From positions 1 through 24,338 of the forward strand of contig JBJOHQ010000235.1 in NCBI GenBank assembly GCA_046047595.1: DNA of 24,338 bases, written 5' to 3'. Shown here piece after piece: positions 8,524-16,502 of the stretch. Below the pieces are notes generated by a model, which did not search any database, was not told the origin of the DNA, and was given only the letters and a program-made list of their open reading frames with translations. Each line of letters opens with the position of its first letter. Position 1 is the first letter of the stretch. Origin of the DNA: Planctomycetota bacterium (GTDB taxonomy: Bacteria; Planctomycetota; Phycisphaerae; Phycisphaerales; SM1A02). A program made the position numbers and the translations under genes.

Positions 8524-9696
8524 TCACTTCACAGTGACGACGCTCGCCTCATCGAGAATTGTGACGATGAATGCAAGGAAGAGCAGGATGTGCACGACGC
8601 CTTGCACGGCGTTGACCTTGCCGCCTCGGAGATTGACCGCCACGACAAGGAACGTCGTGATGAGGAGCACGATGTACGGAGCGTCGAGTCCGAGTTCGGG
8701 CGAAACGCCGGTAAACCAGCGAATCGCGAGGACCGCCGGCACCGTCAGGCCGATGGTCGAAAGCGAACTTCCGAGGAGCACATTCATCGCGCGTTGCGTT
8801 TCTTCGCGTGCCGCGGCCTTGAGTGCGGCCAGGCCTTCTGGTGCGAGCACGAGCGCCGCGATGAAGACGCCGCCGATGCCACTCGGCAGATAGGAGGCCG
8901 CGAGGAGGCCTTGTACGCGGCCCGCGAGTCCTTCAGCGATTGCGACCACGCCGACCAACGCGAGCACGAGGAGCGTGGCTGAACGCCACGTCGACACTGG
9001 CTCATGTGCTTCGCCCGAAGAGTGTGCTTCCTTGCGCGCATCGTGCTCGCGCTCGGTCATGCGGTGATGCGCGTAGAAACTCTTGTGGCGCGTTGTTTGA
9101 AAGTACAGAAAGACGAGGTAGATCACGAGGGAAGCGCAGCCGACGAAGACCTCCATCGGGTCGCTCATCCAGCCACCCTCAGCACTTCGGGTAAATCGCG
9201 GGAGAATCAGCGTGAGCGCGCCGAGCGCGATGATCATCGGGAGATACGCGCTCGCGGACTGCGCGTTGAACTCTTGCTCCTGCCGTTTGAGGCCGCCGAT
9301 GAGGAGAACCGCGCCCATCAAGAGATTCAACAGAATCATCAACACCGAAAGCATCGTGTCGCGCGCAACCGTCGAATCGCCAGTCGAGCCAAGCATCACC
9401 GCGCAAACCGCAGCAACTTCGATGATGATTGCGGAGATCGTGAGGATCACCGTTCCGAGTGGTTCACCGAATTTCTCCGCGAGTTCATCGGCGTGCGCCA
9501 TCGCGCGGAACGCGGCGGCCACGATGCACACCACGAGCCAGATACTCCAAAGTAGGTTCGCGCCGTTGTTGATTTCCCCCGCGGGAGACCAGTGCGCAAG
9601 CACCGCGCCGCCAGTGAGAAGCGCGAGCAGAATCGGCAAGTCTGGGAGCCAACGGGAGAGGAATGATCGCGGTGGAAATTTCGCGTGACTCGACAT
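8524..9696 (-). CDS. chaA: Ca2+(Na+)/H+ antiporter, CaCA family, ChaA-like (390 aa)
   Basis: LAEKFGEPLGTVILTISAIIIEV (alpha-1 repeat), ARDTMLS, LVLAPEGLAALKAA..QRAMNVLLGS (alpha-2 repeat); about 10-11 hydrophobic segments. Confidence 0.85.
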   Translation of the reverse strand: MSSHAKFPPRSFLSRWLPDLPILLALLTGGAVLAHWSPAGEINNGANLLWSIWLVVCIVAAAFRAMAHADELAEKFGEPLGTVILTISAIIIEVAAVCAVMLGSTGDSTVARDTMLSVLMILLNLLMGAVLLIGGLKRQEQEFNAQSASAYLPMIIALGALTLILPRFTRSAEGGWMSDPMEVFVGCASLVIYLVFLYFQTTRHKSFYAHHRMTEREHDARKEAHSSGEAHEPVSTWRSATLLVLALVGVVAIAEGLAGRVQGLLAASYLPSGIGGVFIAALVLAPEGLAALKAAAREETQRAMNVLLGSSLSTIGLTVPAVLAIRWFTGVSPELGLDAPYIVLLITTFLVVAVNLRGGKVNAVQGVVHILLFLAFIVTILDEASVVTVK

Positions 9697-9703
9697 GGCG
9701 CGG

Positions 9704-9709
9704 AAGATA
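9704..9709 (-). promoter_or_regulatory. Candidate -10 box TATCTT, 7 nt before ATG 9696
   Basis: gag-TATCTT-ccgcgcc-ATG; lies in the 22-nt intergenic gap. Confidence 0.6.
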
Positions 9710-9718
9710 CTCGCCAAT

Positions 9719-10090
9719 TCAAGGCGTGGGCTTCAGATCGCGGAACATAAAGAACGCGGCCGCCACGAGACAAAGCGACGCGTACACGAAGTTCATCGTG
9801 AGTTTCTCCTTCATGTAGAGCACGGCGAAACCCGCGAACACGAGCATCGTGATGACTTCTTGCATGACCTTCAATTGCGCGAGCGAGAAGCCCGCTTTCT
9901 CGAAGCCGATGCGATTCGCCGGAACCTGCAGGCAGTACTCAAAGAATGCAACGCCCCAACTCGCAAGAATCGCAATCCAGAGCGCCTTCGATTTGAAGTC
10001 CTTGAGGTGCCCGTACCACGCGTACGTCATGAAAATGTTCGACACGACGAGAAGGGCGGGGGCGATGATCAGCGCAGTTCGGGCGGTCAT
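9719..10090 (-). CDS. DMT-superfamily small membrane protein, DUF486-like (123 aa)
   Basis: SNIFMTYAWYGHLK, SWGVAFFEYCLQVPANRIG, QLKVMQEVITM; ATGA overlap with the MFS stop. Confidence 0.85.
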   Translation of the reverse strand: MTARTALIIAPALLVVSNIFMTYAWYGHLKDFKSKALWIAILASWGVAFFEYCLQVPANRIGFEKAGFSLAQLKVMQEVITMLVFAGFAVLYMKEKLTMNFVYASLCLVAAAFFMFRDLKPTP

Positions 10091-11541
10091 TCCCGCAAGG
10101 TATCGCGCGGGCCGCTCGGCATTCGCCACGCCACAAAGATGCCGAAACATCCGACGATCGCCGACGCAAGAATCGCAACACCAATAGAGGTGGCAAGCGT
10201 GGCGCCCTGTGAGCGAGTGACTCCCGCGACCGTTGCCGCGAACGCGACTCCTGTGGCGCTGCCGACCTGTCGAAACGTCTGAACGATCCCTGAGATTTGG
10301 CCACGCGCTTCGTCGGGAACTCCCGAGAGCGTGTCGGTACTGGCAGGCGACATGATGAACGCAACGCCGAGTCCAAGAAGTGCCATGCCCGTTGCGATGA
10401 CGCCGTACGAAACGAGCATCGACCCAGCACCCCACGTTGCAAGCCCTGCGGTCGCGGCGAGTGTGCCGAAACGTGCGAGCGGACGAACACCAACGCGGTC
10501 GTAAAGCTTGCCCGCACGGCGCGCGACGAGAATGACGGGAATCAGCATCGGCATGAGCGACGCGCCCGCGCGTGCCGCGTTGTAGCCCAAGACCTCTTGC
10601 GCATAAATCGCTCCTTGCACCACGAGCGAAGCCATCGCGAATTGCATGATCCCGACGAGGATGACATTCGCTCGTAAGCGCGGCTCGGCAAGCAGCGCGA
10701 GCCGAACAAGCGGTTGCGCGACTCGAAACTGCCGCACGACGAAGAGTGCAGAAAGTGTGCCGCCAATGGCGAGCATCGCGAGGTAGTGCGGCTCGAACAG
10801 GCGAAGTGTGCCGACGGGAGACTCGTTCGCCGCACCTTCTTGAAGTGCATAAATCGCGAGGGGAAGTCCGAGTGCGAGGAGAAGCGCAGAAGGCACGTCA
10901 AACGATCGAGTTTCAGCGCGACGGTTGGGCGGCTTAGCCGCAAGAAGGAGCACGATCGCAGCGATTGCGATCGGAAGATTGATGAAGAAAACCCAGCGCC
11001 AACCGGCGTATTCCGCAAGGAGTCCGCCGAGTACAGGCCCAATCGCAAAGAATGACATCGAGACGCCGATGTAGATACCCATCGCGCGACCGCGCTCACC
11101 GGCGGGAAACGTTTCGATGACGAGCGCACTCGACGCGGGTTGCATCAAGCACGCGGAAAGTCCTTGCAGAACGCGTCCCGCGATGAGGAGCTCAGCCGAT
11201 GTCGCGAGCCCGCAAAGGGCACTCGCGGAGGCGAATCCCACCACGCCCGCGAGAAACGTCGAGCGCTTTCCGAAGATGTCACCGAGTCGCCCGCCGACCG
11301 CCATCGCAGCGGCAAGCGTCACGATGTAGGCATTCGCGATCCAGGCGACACCCGTGGGGCCGAGGCCGAGTTCTGCGCCAATACGCGGACCCGCGACCGC
11401 CGTGACCGTGAGGTCGACGAAGATCATCGACAGACTTCCCGTCAACGCCAGGAGGACGAGCCCGCGGCGAGGCGTGAGAGAACCGGCGGACGTCGCCGCG
11501 GGAGGGCTCACGGGATTGTCATCAGGCGCAGGCAAGGTCAC
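10087..11541 (-). CDS. MFS transporter, DHA2 (EmrB/QacA, 14-TMS) family (484 aa, GTG start)
   Basis: IFVDLTVTAVA (motif D1), GGRLGDIFGKR (motif A), GRVLQG (motif B), GPVLGGLL..GWRWVFFINLPI (motifs C/H). Confidence 0.88.
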   Translation of the reverse strand: MTLPAPDDNPVSPPAATSAGSLTPRRGLVLLALTGSLSMIFVDLTVTAVAGPRIGAELGLGPTGVAWIANAYIVTLAAAMAVGGRLGDIFGKRSTFLAGVVGFASASALCGLATSAELLIAGRVLQGLSACLMQPASSALVIETFPAGERGRAMGIYIGVSMSFFAIGPVLGGLLAEYAGWRWVFFINLPIAIAAIVLLLAAKPPNRRAETRSFDVPSALLLALGLPLAIYALQEGAANESPVGTLRLFEPHYLAMLAIGGTLSALFVVRQFRVAQPLVRLALLAEPRLRANVILVGIMQFAMASLVVQGAIYAQEVLGYNAARAGASLMPMLIPVILVARRAGKLYDRVGVRPLARFGTLAATAGLATWGAGSMLVSYGVIATGMALLGLGVAFIMSPASTDTLSGVPDEARGQISGIVQTFRQVGSATGVAFAATVAGVTRSQGATLATSIGVAILASAIVGCFGIFVAWRMPSGPRDTLRE

Positions 11542-11547
11542 CTGCGC

Positions 11548-11553
11548 AGCGTA
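11548..11553 (-). promoter_or_regulatory. Candidate -10 box TACGCT, 6 nt before GTG 11541
   Basis: cgg-TACGCT-gcgcag-GTG; divergent partner box TACAAC at 11602-11607. Confidence 0.55.
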
Positions 11554-11601
11554 CCGCAACAAATTCCGCCTTCGACGCACCCGCGTGGAACGTTGGCGCG
11601 G

Positions 11602-11607
11602 TACAAC
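11602..11607 (+). promoter_or_regulatory. Candidate -10 variant TACAAC, 6 nt before ATG 11614
   Basis: cgg-TACAAC-acccaa-ATG; last position C rather than T. Confidence 0.4.
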
Positions 11608-11613
11608 ACCCAA

Positions 11614-14094
11614 ATGCACACCGCTTCGCATGCACGTCCACTCGCGGCCTTGATCCTCTCCTCGTCGGCGCTCGCACTGTCGACTTTGGGTGTTCTCACT
11701 TCAGATGCCCACGCGCGCACGCCACAAGATGCGCCTGCCGCGGCGGCGAATGCTCCCGCCAGCGCGACTGCCGCAGAATGGCCGCAAACAGTTGTCGATG
11801 GTGGCGACTCGATCACGGTCTATCAGCCGCAATTTGAAACGCTCAACGGTGTGCAACTCACGATGACGGCGGGCGTGAGTATTCGACGCCAAGATTCCGA
11901 CGGCACGACCGCGTCAACGAACGGCGTTGCAACCATGACCGCGCAAGCGGTGGCGGGCGATGTTCCGGGCGAACTTGAGATCAACGGCATCACCTGCTCG
12001 TCTGTTGACTTCCAAGGTACGTTCGACCAAGACATGGCTGCGCGATTGACGGGCCTTCTCATAGGTGTCGGTTTCACGGTCGATCGCGGCACGCTCGTGC
12101 AAGACATGAAACTCACGAACGCGCGCGCCGCAGGAACGCCTGGACTTTCGTTCACGCCGCCGCGCTTTGTCGACTCGAATGTTCCCGCGGTGCTGATCAC
12201 GATTGATGGTCAACCGATTCTCGTTCCCGCGGGTTCGAGCGGCTGGCAGTCGGTGAAGAACACGGCATTCATCCTGCTTCGCTCGCCGGAAGGCCGTTGG
12301 TACACCGCCGTCGGCACATCGACGCTCGCAAACAGTTCGCAGCCGCCAGTGTGGATGAGCGCCGACACCCTCACGGGCAACTACGCGCTCAGCGATGCGC
12401 CGCCAGCCGATGTCGTGGCAGCGCTCGGCACAACGAAGGAAAGGCCTTCGCAACTCGACGGTCAGTCGCCCACCACATTGATGGCTTCTGCGACACCAAA
12501 GCGCATCATCGTTGCGACGGAACCAACAGTGTTGCTCGCCACCGATGGCGCGCCGCAACTTGTCGACGCGGCACCTGGCGTCCGTGAAGCAACCAACGCC
12601 AACACCGTGCTGCTCTACGTCTCGAACCCCGGCGAATGGTGGACACTGCAAGCGGGTCGTTGGTTCCACGCGGCGCCATCGAAGCCTTGGCAGTACGCGG
12701 CTCCGAGCGAGGTTCCAGCGTCGTTCTCGCAACTCGCCGCCCGCGGCCGATTGCTCGCGGCACGCGCAGCAGTCCCGGGAACAATGGAGGCAAACGCTGC
12801 TGTGGTCGCATCGAGCGAAGTTCGCACCGTGACGGTGAAGGCGGACGCCGCATGCACCGTCACGTACGCGGGCGAGCCTTCCTTCAAGCCAGCCGCCGCT
12901 TCGGGTGACGCCGCGAGCGTTGGATACGCCACGAACTCCTCGCAGCCAGTGCTCGGCGTCGGCAGCGACTTCTACTGCTGCAACGCGGGCGCGTGGTTCA
13001 TCTCAAGCTCGGCGAATGGTCCGTGGAAGGTCACGGACTCAGTCCCAAGCGCGATCTACGGCATCCCGCCATCCTGCCCTGTCTACCCCGTGACCTACGT
13101 CGAGGTCTACGGAAGCACGAAGGACCCGACAACGGGCGCGATCACGAGCGTCACCTTCGGTTTCACCTCGGGCTACCTCGGCACCTACCTCAATCAAGGC
13201 ACGCCGGTCTACGGCACGGGCTACGACTACTCGCCCGAGTCTGACACGCCTGCCGCCGCTGACACCTATCAACCCTATCCGCAGACGTACGGCTCGGACG
13301 CGCTCTACGACAACCAGACGGGCACCTACGCGCCTGGTGGCTACTCGCCCGATTACGACTACGCATCGCCACTTGTCCAGCCGTACTACCTCGACTCGGG
13401 TTGGGGCGGTTGGGGTTGGTGCCCAGGTTGGACGTGCGGTTGGGGCTGGGGCTACAACAATTGGAACGACTGGAATCACTGGTCGGGCTACTGGAACAAC
13501 TGGCATCCGTACTGGAACCAAGATTGGCACAACGATTGGCAGAACAATCAACGCCTCTACTCGAACGCCCGCGCGAACAACGCGAATGCGCAGTACTCCG
13601 CTTCGAACCCATGGGGTGAGAGCAAGGACTGGCAGAAGTGGAACGCCGCGAATGCCGCAGGCGACGAGCCGCAGAATCACGAGCCTGCCAATTGGCAGAA
13701 GTGGAACGCTGCGAGTGCCGCGGGCGACGAGCCGCAGGATCACGAGTCTGCCGATTGGCAGAAGTGGAACGCGAACAACAACCTCTACGGTCAGAACACG
13801 CAGCGTGCGGAAAATGAAGGTCGCGCTGCCTTCAACCGCAACCAGAACTACAACTGGAATCAGTATCGCGGTCAGTCGAATTACGCGAATGGCTACGGCC
13901 GCACGGGTTGGAACACGCAACCCTCTCAGAACTACAACACCCAGTACAACAACCACAACTGGAATGCGTACCCGCGCACGGGTTACAGCGGTTTCCACCC
14001 GTCGTACAACTACAACTATCGCCCAGCAGAGGGGAGCTACCGCGCGCCCGCGGCCTCGTTCCGCGGCGGCGGTTTCGGCGGGGGCCGGCGCTGA
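11614..14094 (+). CDS. Large secreted protein (826 aa): repeated beta-rich W..A....GPW-like modules plus low-complexity W/N/Q/Y tail
   Basis: Signal peptide MHTASHARPLAALILSSSALAL. WPQ..VYQPQ N-terminal block, GRWFHA, GAWFISSSANGPW, IYGIPPSCPVYPVTYV, PVYGTGY resemble a family I recall being loosely annotated as carbohydrate-binding V/XII; function unknown. Confidence 0.8.
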   Translation: MHTASHARPLAALILSSSALALSTLGVLTSDAHARTPQDAPAAAANAPASATAAEWPQTVVDGGDSITVYQPQFETLNGVQLTMTAGVSIRRQDSDGTTASTNGVATMTAQAVAGDVPGELEINGITCSSVDFQGTFDQDMAARLTGLLIGVGFTVDRGTLVQDMKLTNARAAGTPGLSFTPPRFVDSNVPAVLITIDGQPILVPAGSSGWQSVKNTAFILLRSPEGRWYTAVGTSTLANSSQPPVWMSADTLTGNYALSDAPPADVVAALGTTKERPSQLDGQSPTTLMASATPKRIIVATEPTVLLATDGAPQLVDAAPGVREATNANTVLLYVSNPGEWWTLQAGRWFHAAPSKPWQYAAPSEVPASFSQLAARGRLLAARAAVPGTMEANAAVVASSEVRTVTVKADAACTVTYAGEPSFKPAAASGDAASVGYATNSSQPVLGVGSDFYCCNAGAWFISSSANGPWKVTDSVPSAIYGIPPSCPVYPVTYVEVYGSTKDPTTGAITSVTFGFTSGYLGTYLNQGTPVYGTGYDYSPESDTPAAADTYQPYPQTYGSDALYDNQTGTYAPGGYSPDYDYASPLVQPYYLDSGWGGWGWCPGWTCGWGWGYNNWNDWNHWSGYWNNWHPYWNQDWHNDWQNNQRLYSNARANNANAQYSASNPWGESKDWQKWNAANAAGDEPQNHEPANWQKWNAASAAGDEPQDHESADWQKWNANNNLYGQNTQRAENEGRAAFNRNQNYNWNQYRGQSNYANGYGRTGWNTQPSQNYNTQYNNHNWNAYPRTGYSGFHPSYNYNYRPAEGSYRAPAASFRGGGFGGGRR
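13627..13772 (+). repeat. 63-bp (21-aa) tandem repeat, about 2.3 copies
   Basis: TGGCAGAAGTGGAACGC at 13630, 13693 and 13756; WQKWNAANAAGDEPQNHEPAN / WQKWNAASAAGDEPQDHESAD / WQKWNA. Confidence 0.95.
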
Positions 14095-14218
14095 ATTCGC
14101 CCGCGCGAGGCGCGTCGTTTCTGATGTTTGTATGCACGGTCGCGCTCAATCGCGGCGTCGGGAGCGATGTCGCGTGCTGTGATGCGAGCATGGTCCGTGA
14201 GTTCGCGAGGGCTGTTCG

Positions 14219-15613
14219 GTGAACGCGCTCATGCGCGTGTTGCTTCCGCCCCGATCGCTCGAGGCGGAGCTCGAGGAGTACGAGCGCGACGACCCAACGC
14301 GTACGGACGTCCTCGCATGGTCGGCGGCGACGTGGCTTGCGTCGTTGTCGCTCCTCCGCGCGCTTGAAGCAGCGCTCTTCGCGTGGCTCATCTTCGTGCT
14401 GCTCTTTCGCTTTCGCGCGTCCGCGCGTGTTCTTCGTGCGGCGATTTGGACACCAGCGTTTGTGCTGCTCGTTGGCTATCTCCTCGTGACCGCGGCGGCG
14501 ACACTCGCCTACGGCCGCGAGAACATGTGGTCGCTTGCGATTCCCGAGCGCAAGTTTCTCATCCCGTTCTTACTCGTCCCTGTGCTGCATCGTTGGCGTT
14601 TGCTCCTCCTCGGGCTCGTCACGGGTGGTGCAATCGAAGTCGCGGTGATGCTGTGTCGCGCGGGGCTGCGCGTGAGCGTGTGGCCCGAACTCAAGATCGA
14701 TCTTGTTGATGGAACCGAGTGGACGCTTGTCGTCCTTGTTGCGGCGACGATGTTTGCCGCATTGAGAACGCGCGGAGCGACCTCTTTCGCGTGGGGCGCG
14801 CTTGGACTGCTGACGCTGTCGCTTCAGGGAATGTTGTCGCAACGTGCGCCGTTTGTCGGCGCGTTGGTCGCGCTCATCGCGACCATCGTCGTCGGTTGGC
14901 GCTTCTTCGCGCGCGGAACTCGCGTGTCGATCGTGGTCGCGGTGCCGCTTCTCATCGGCTGCGCGATCGCAGTGAGCTCGCTTGGTGGCGGTGTGACGGC
15001 GAAGCGTTTCGATTTGCTCTTTGAGAGCGGCGACGGCGGAGCCACCGTTGTCGAAGAGATCGGGCCGCAATCGCGCACAGCACCCATCTTCGACTACCAA
15101 ACGTTGAACGAATACTCGTCGCAGCGGCTCGAATTGTGGCGTTGGACTGCCAACGGCATCAGCGAGGAGCCGTTCATCGGACACGGTCGCAAAGCGTGGC
15201 GTACGGAAGTCGATCGACTCATCGATGAGGCGCCAGCGGAAGTGCGTGCGGAGCGCGGCGCAACAATCGTGCGTTGGGCGCGGGAAATCGGTTACTCGCA
15301 CAACACGCCGCTCGATGTCCTCTTTGAGTCGGGGTTCATCGGTGCAGGGCTTCTTGTGACGCTCATCGCTCTCGGCCTTTGGGGCGCGTTCAAGCGGTTA
15401 CGCGAGGAGCCGATCGCGGTGATTCCGATCGCGGCATTCGTGGGGCTCTGCGCAGCGGCGCAGTTTGAGTTTGTCTTCGCGCGCTCGATCCAAGGCGCGA
15501 CGCTGATCTCGTGCGCGGTGCTTGTTCTCGTGCCGCGACCAAGTGCGGCGCAGTGGGAACGCTCGGGGCTTGGACGAAGTGACGCGTGGATTGCACGACT
15601 CTTCGGAGCGTGA
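14219..15613 (+). CDS. O-antigen ligase / Wzy_C family membrane protein (about 460 aa)
   Basis: Many TM segments, SQRAPFVG, periplasmic RLELW....GI...PFIGHG, and SHNTPLDVLFESGFIG (H-N motif). Start GTG 14219 or ATG 14231. Confidence 0.82.
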   Translation: MNALMRVLLPPRSLEAELEEYERDDPTRTDVLAWSAATWLASLSLLRALEAALFAWLIFVLLFRFRASARVLRAAIWTPAFVLLVGYLLVTAAATLAYGRENMWSLAIPERKFLIPFLLVPVLHRWRLLLLGLVTGGAIEVAVMLCRAGLRVSVWPELKIDLVDGTEWTLVVLVAATMFAALRTRGATSFAWGALGLLTLSLQGMLSQRAPFVGALVALIATIVVGWRFFARGTRVSIVVAVPLLIGCAIAVSSLGGGVTAKRFDLLFESGDGGATVVEEIGPQSRTAPIFDYQTLNEYSSQRLELWRWTANGISEEPFIGHGRKAWRTEVDRLIDEAPAEVRAERGATIVRWAREIGYSHNTPLDVLFESGFIGAGLLVTLIALGLWGAFKRLREEPIAVIPIAAFVGLCAAAQFEFVFARSIQGATLISCAVLVLVPRPSAAQWERSGLGRSDAWIARLFGA

Positions 15614-15649
15614 GTTTCGGCGGGTGAGTTTCGGCAGCCGAGTTTCGGG
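15612..15649 (+). repeat. 14-bp period tandem repeat, 3 copies
   Basis: GAGTTTCGG at 15612, 15626 and 15640, starting within the Wzy_C stop codon. Confidence 0.85.
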
Positions 15650-15703
15650 CGCGAGGCCGCATCGCGCCCACTCGTAGGCCTTACGTTTGCGCTCCGATGT
15701 CGC

Positions 15704-15741
15704 AAAAAGTACAGCGGCCGGATCTGGTGGAACCCGGCCGC
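15704..15741 (-). terminator. Possible intrinsic terminator downstream of the HicA-like gene
   Basis: 8-bp stem GCGGCCGG/CCGGCCGC, 12-nt loop, followed on the minus strand by TGTACTTTTT. Confidence 0.35.
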
Positions 15742-15875
15742 GATCGGCGTACCGCCTCGTACATCTTCAAGATCCAGCCGCTTCAAGACTCAAAGACGAG
15801 TCTTTCGATGCAAGACACTTTGGAGGTACGAGACTCAACTGAAGCTGGCTCGTGTGTGGCGCGCGACTTCGACGG

Positions 15876-16148
15876 TCACGCGCTGTGCGCGGTCGGCGCG
15901 TGCCCGCACTCGCGCAGGAACCGACGGATCGCAGAGATCTCGTGGTCCGACTGCAACGTGTGGCCGCCACCGTGCGGGATCTTGAACGTCATCTCGTGAG
16001 GGCCAAACCTGACCTTCAGGTGATCGTGCTTGGTTTCCTCCGTCGTAGCCCCTAGCGACTCAAACATGTGGACGATGTCGCGCCAATGGATGTTGTGCGT
16101 GGTGGGGTGGGCGAAGAGTTGCTCAAGCGTGCGTTGATGGTTCGACAT
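15876..16148 (-). CDS. hicA: HicA-like mRNA interferase fold protein, His-rich, no adjacent hicB (90 aa)
   Basis: GAGGAG SD. FESLG..HLKVRF..IPH aligns with E. coli HicA LESQG..HLKLRF..MPRH (recalled), keeping the His23 equivalent; 13 His in 90 aa. Confidence 0.65.
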   Translation of the reverse strand: MSNHQRTLEQLFAHPTTHNIHWRDIVHMFESLGATTEETKHDHLKVRFGPHEMTFKIPHGGGHTLQSDHEISAIRRFLRECGHAPTAHSA

Positions 16149-16213
16149 GGAAGACTCCTCAAATCGTTGCGCTCAGCACCGAGCAAACTTGCGTTGGTAC
16201 TGCGCGCAGACGG

Positions 16214-16244
16214 ACAATAGCACAATCGCGGATATCTTTATCCG
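16214..16244 (-). promoter_or_regulatory. Extended -10 (TGcTATTGT) and inverted repeat CGGATA-N4-TATCCG upstream of the hicA-like gene
   Basis: -10 at 16214-16222 (minus strand); perfect 6+6 palindrome at 16229-16244 overlapping the -35 position. Confidence 0.5.
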
Positions 16245-16329
16245 TGTTTACGCTCTTTGGGCTCAATTGGCGGGTTTTAGGGTGTTCACCCCGCGGGGTG
16301 CGCGGTTTCGGGGAAGTGACTCGGCGGAG

Positions 16330-16378
16330 GTGATCTGGGGGATGTGTTCTGGGGGGATGTGATCCGCGCATGTGATCT
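16330..16378. repeat. About 14-bp period degenerate repeat, 4 copies
   Basis: GTG(A/T)TC(T/C) cores at 16330, 16344, 16359 and 16372. Confidence 0.7.
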
Positions 16379-16413
16379 GCGCAACGAAACCTCTCAACGC
16401 GCGCAACGCACGC

Positions 16414-16457
16414 AAAAAGGAACCGCGGGCGACGGTGGTGGCCGTCGCCCGCGGGTT
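16414..16457 (-). terminator. Intrinsic terminator of the EF-hand/b562 gene
   Basis: 13-bp perfect stem CCGCGGGCGACGG (16423-16435 / 16442-16454), 6-nt loop, then GTTCCTTTTT on the minus strand. Confidence 0.75.
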
Positions 16458-16502
16458 GCATTGTGAGATCTCGGAGTGCTCGCGCTTGGTGAGAGCGCGG
16501 GT

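Noticed and set aside
11140-11613. 158-codon N-terminal extension of the 984-aa ORF
   Set aside because: It overlaps the MFS gene on the opposite strand; the signal peptide starts at 11614.
15612-15649. Short direct repeats considered as a CRISPR array
   Set aside because: The 9-bp cores with 5-bp gaps are far too short for repeat-spacer units.
16281-16312. GTGTTCACCCCGCGGGGTG resembling a type I-E CRISPR repeat, with a perfect 14-bp palindrome at 16287-16300
   Set aside because: Single copy, no spacers, no cas genes, and only a partial match to the repeat consensus.
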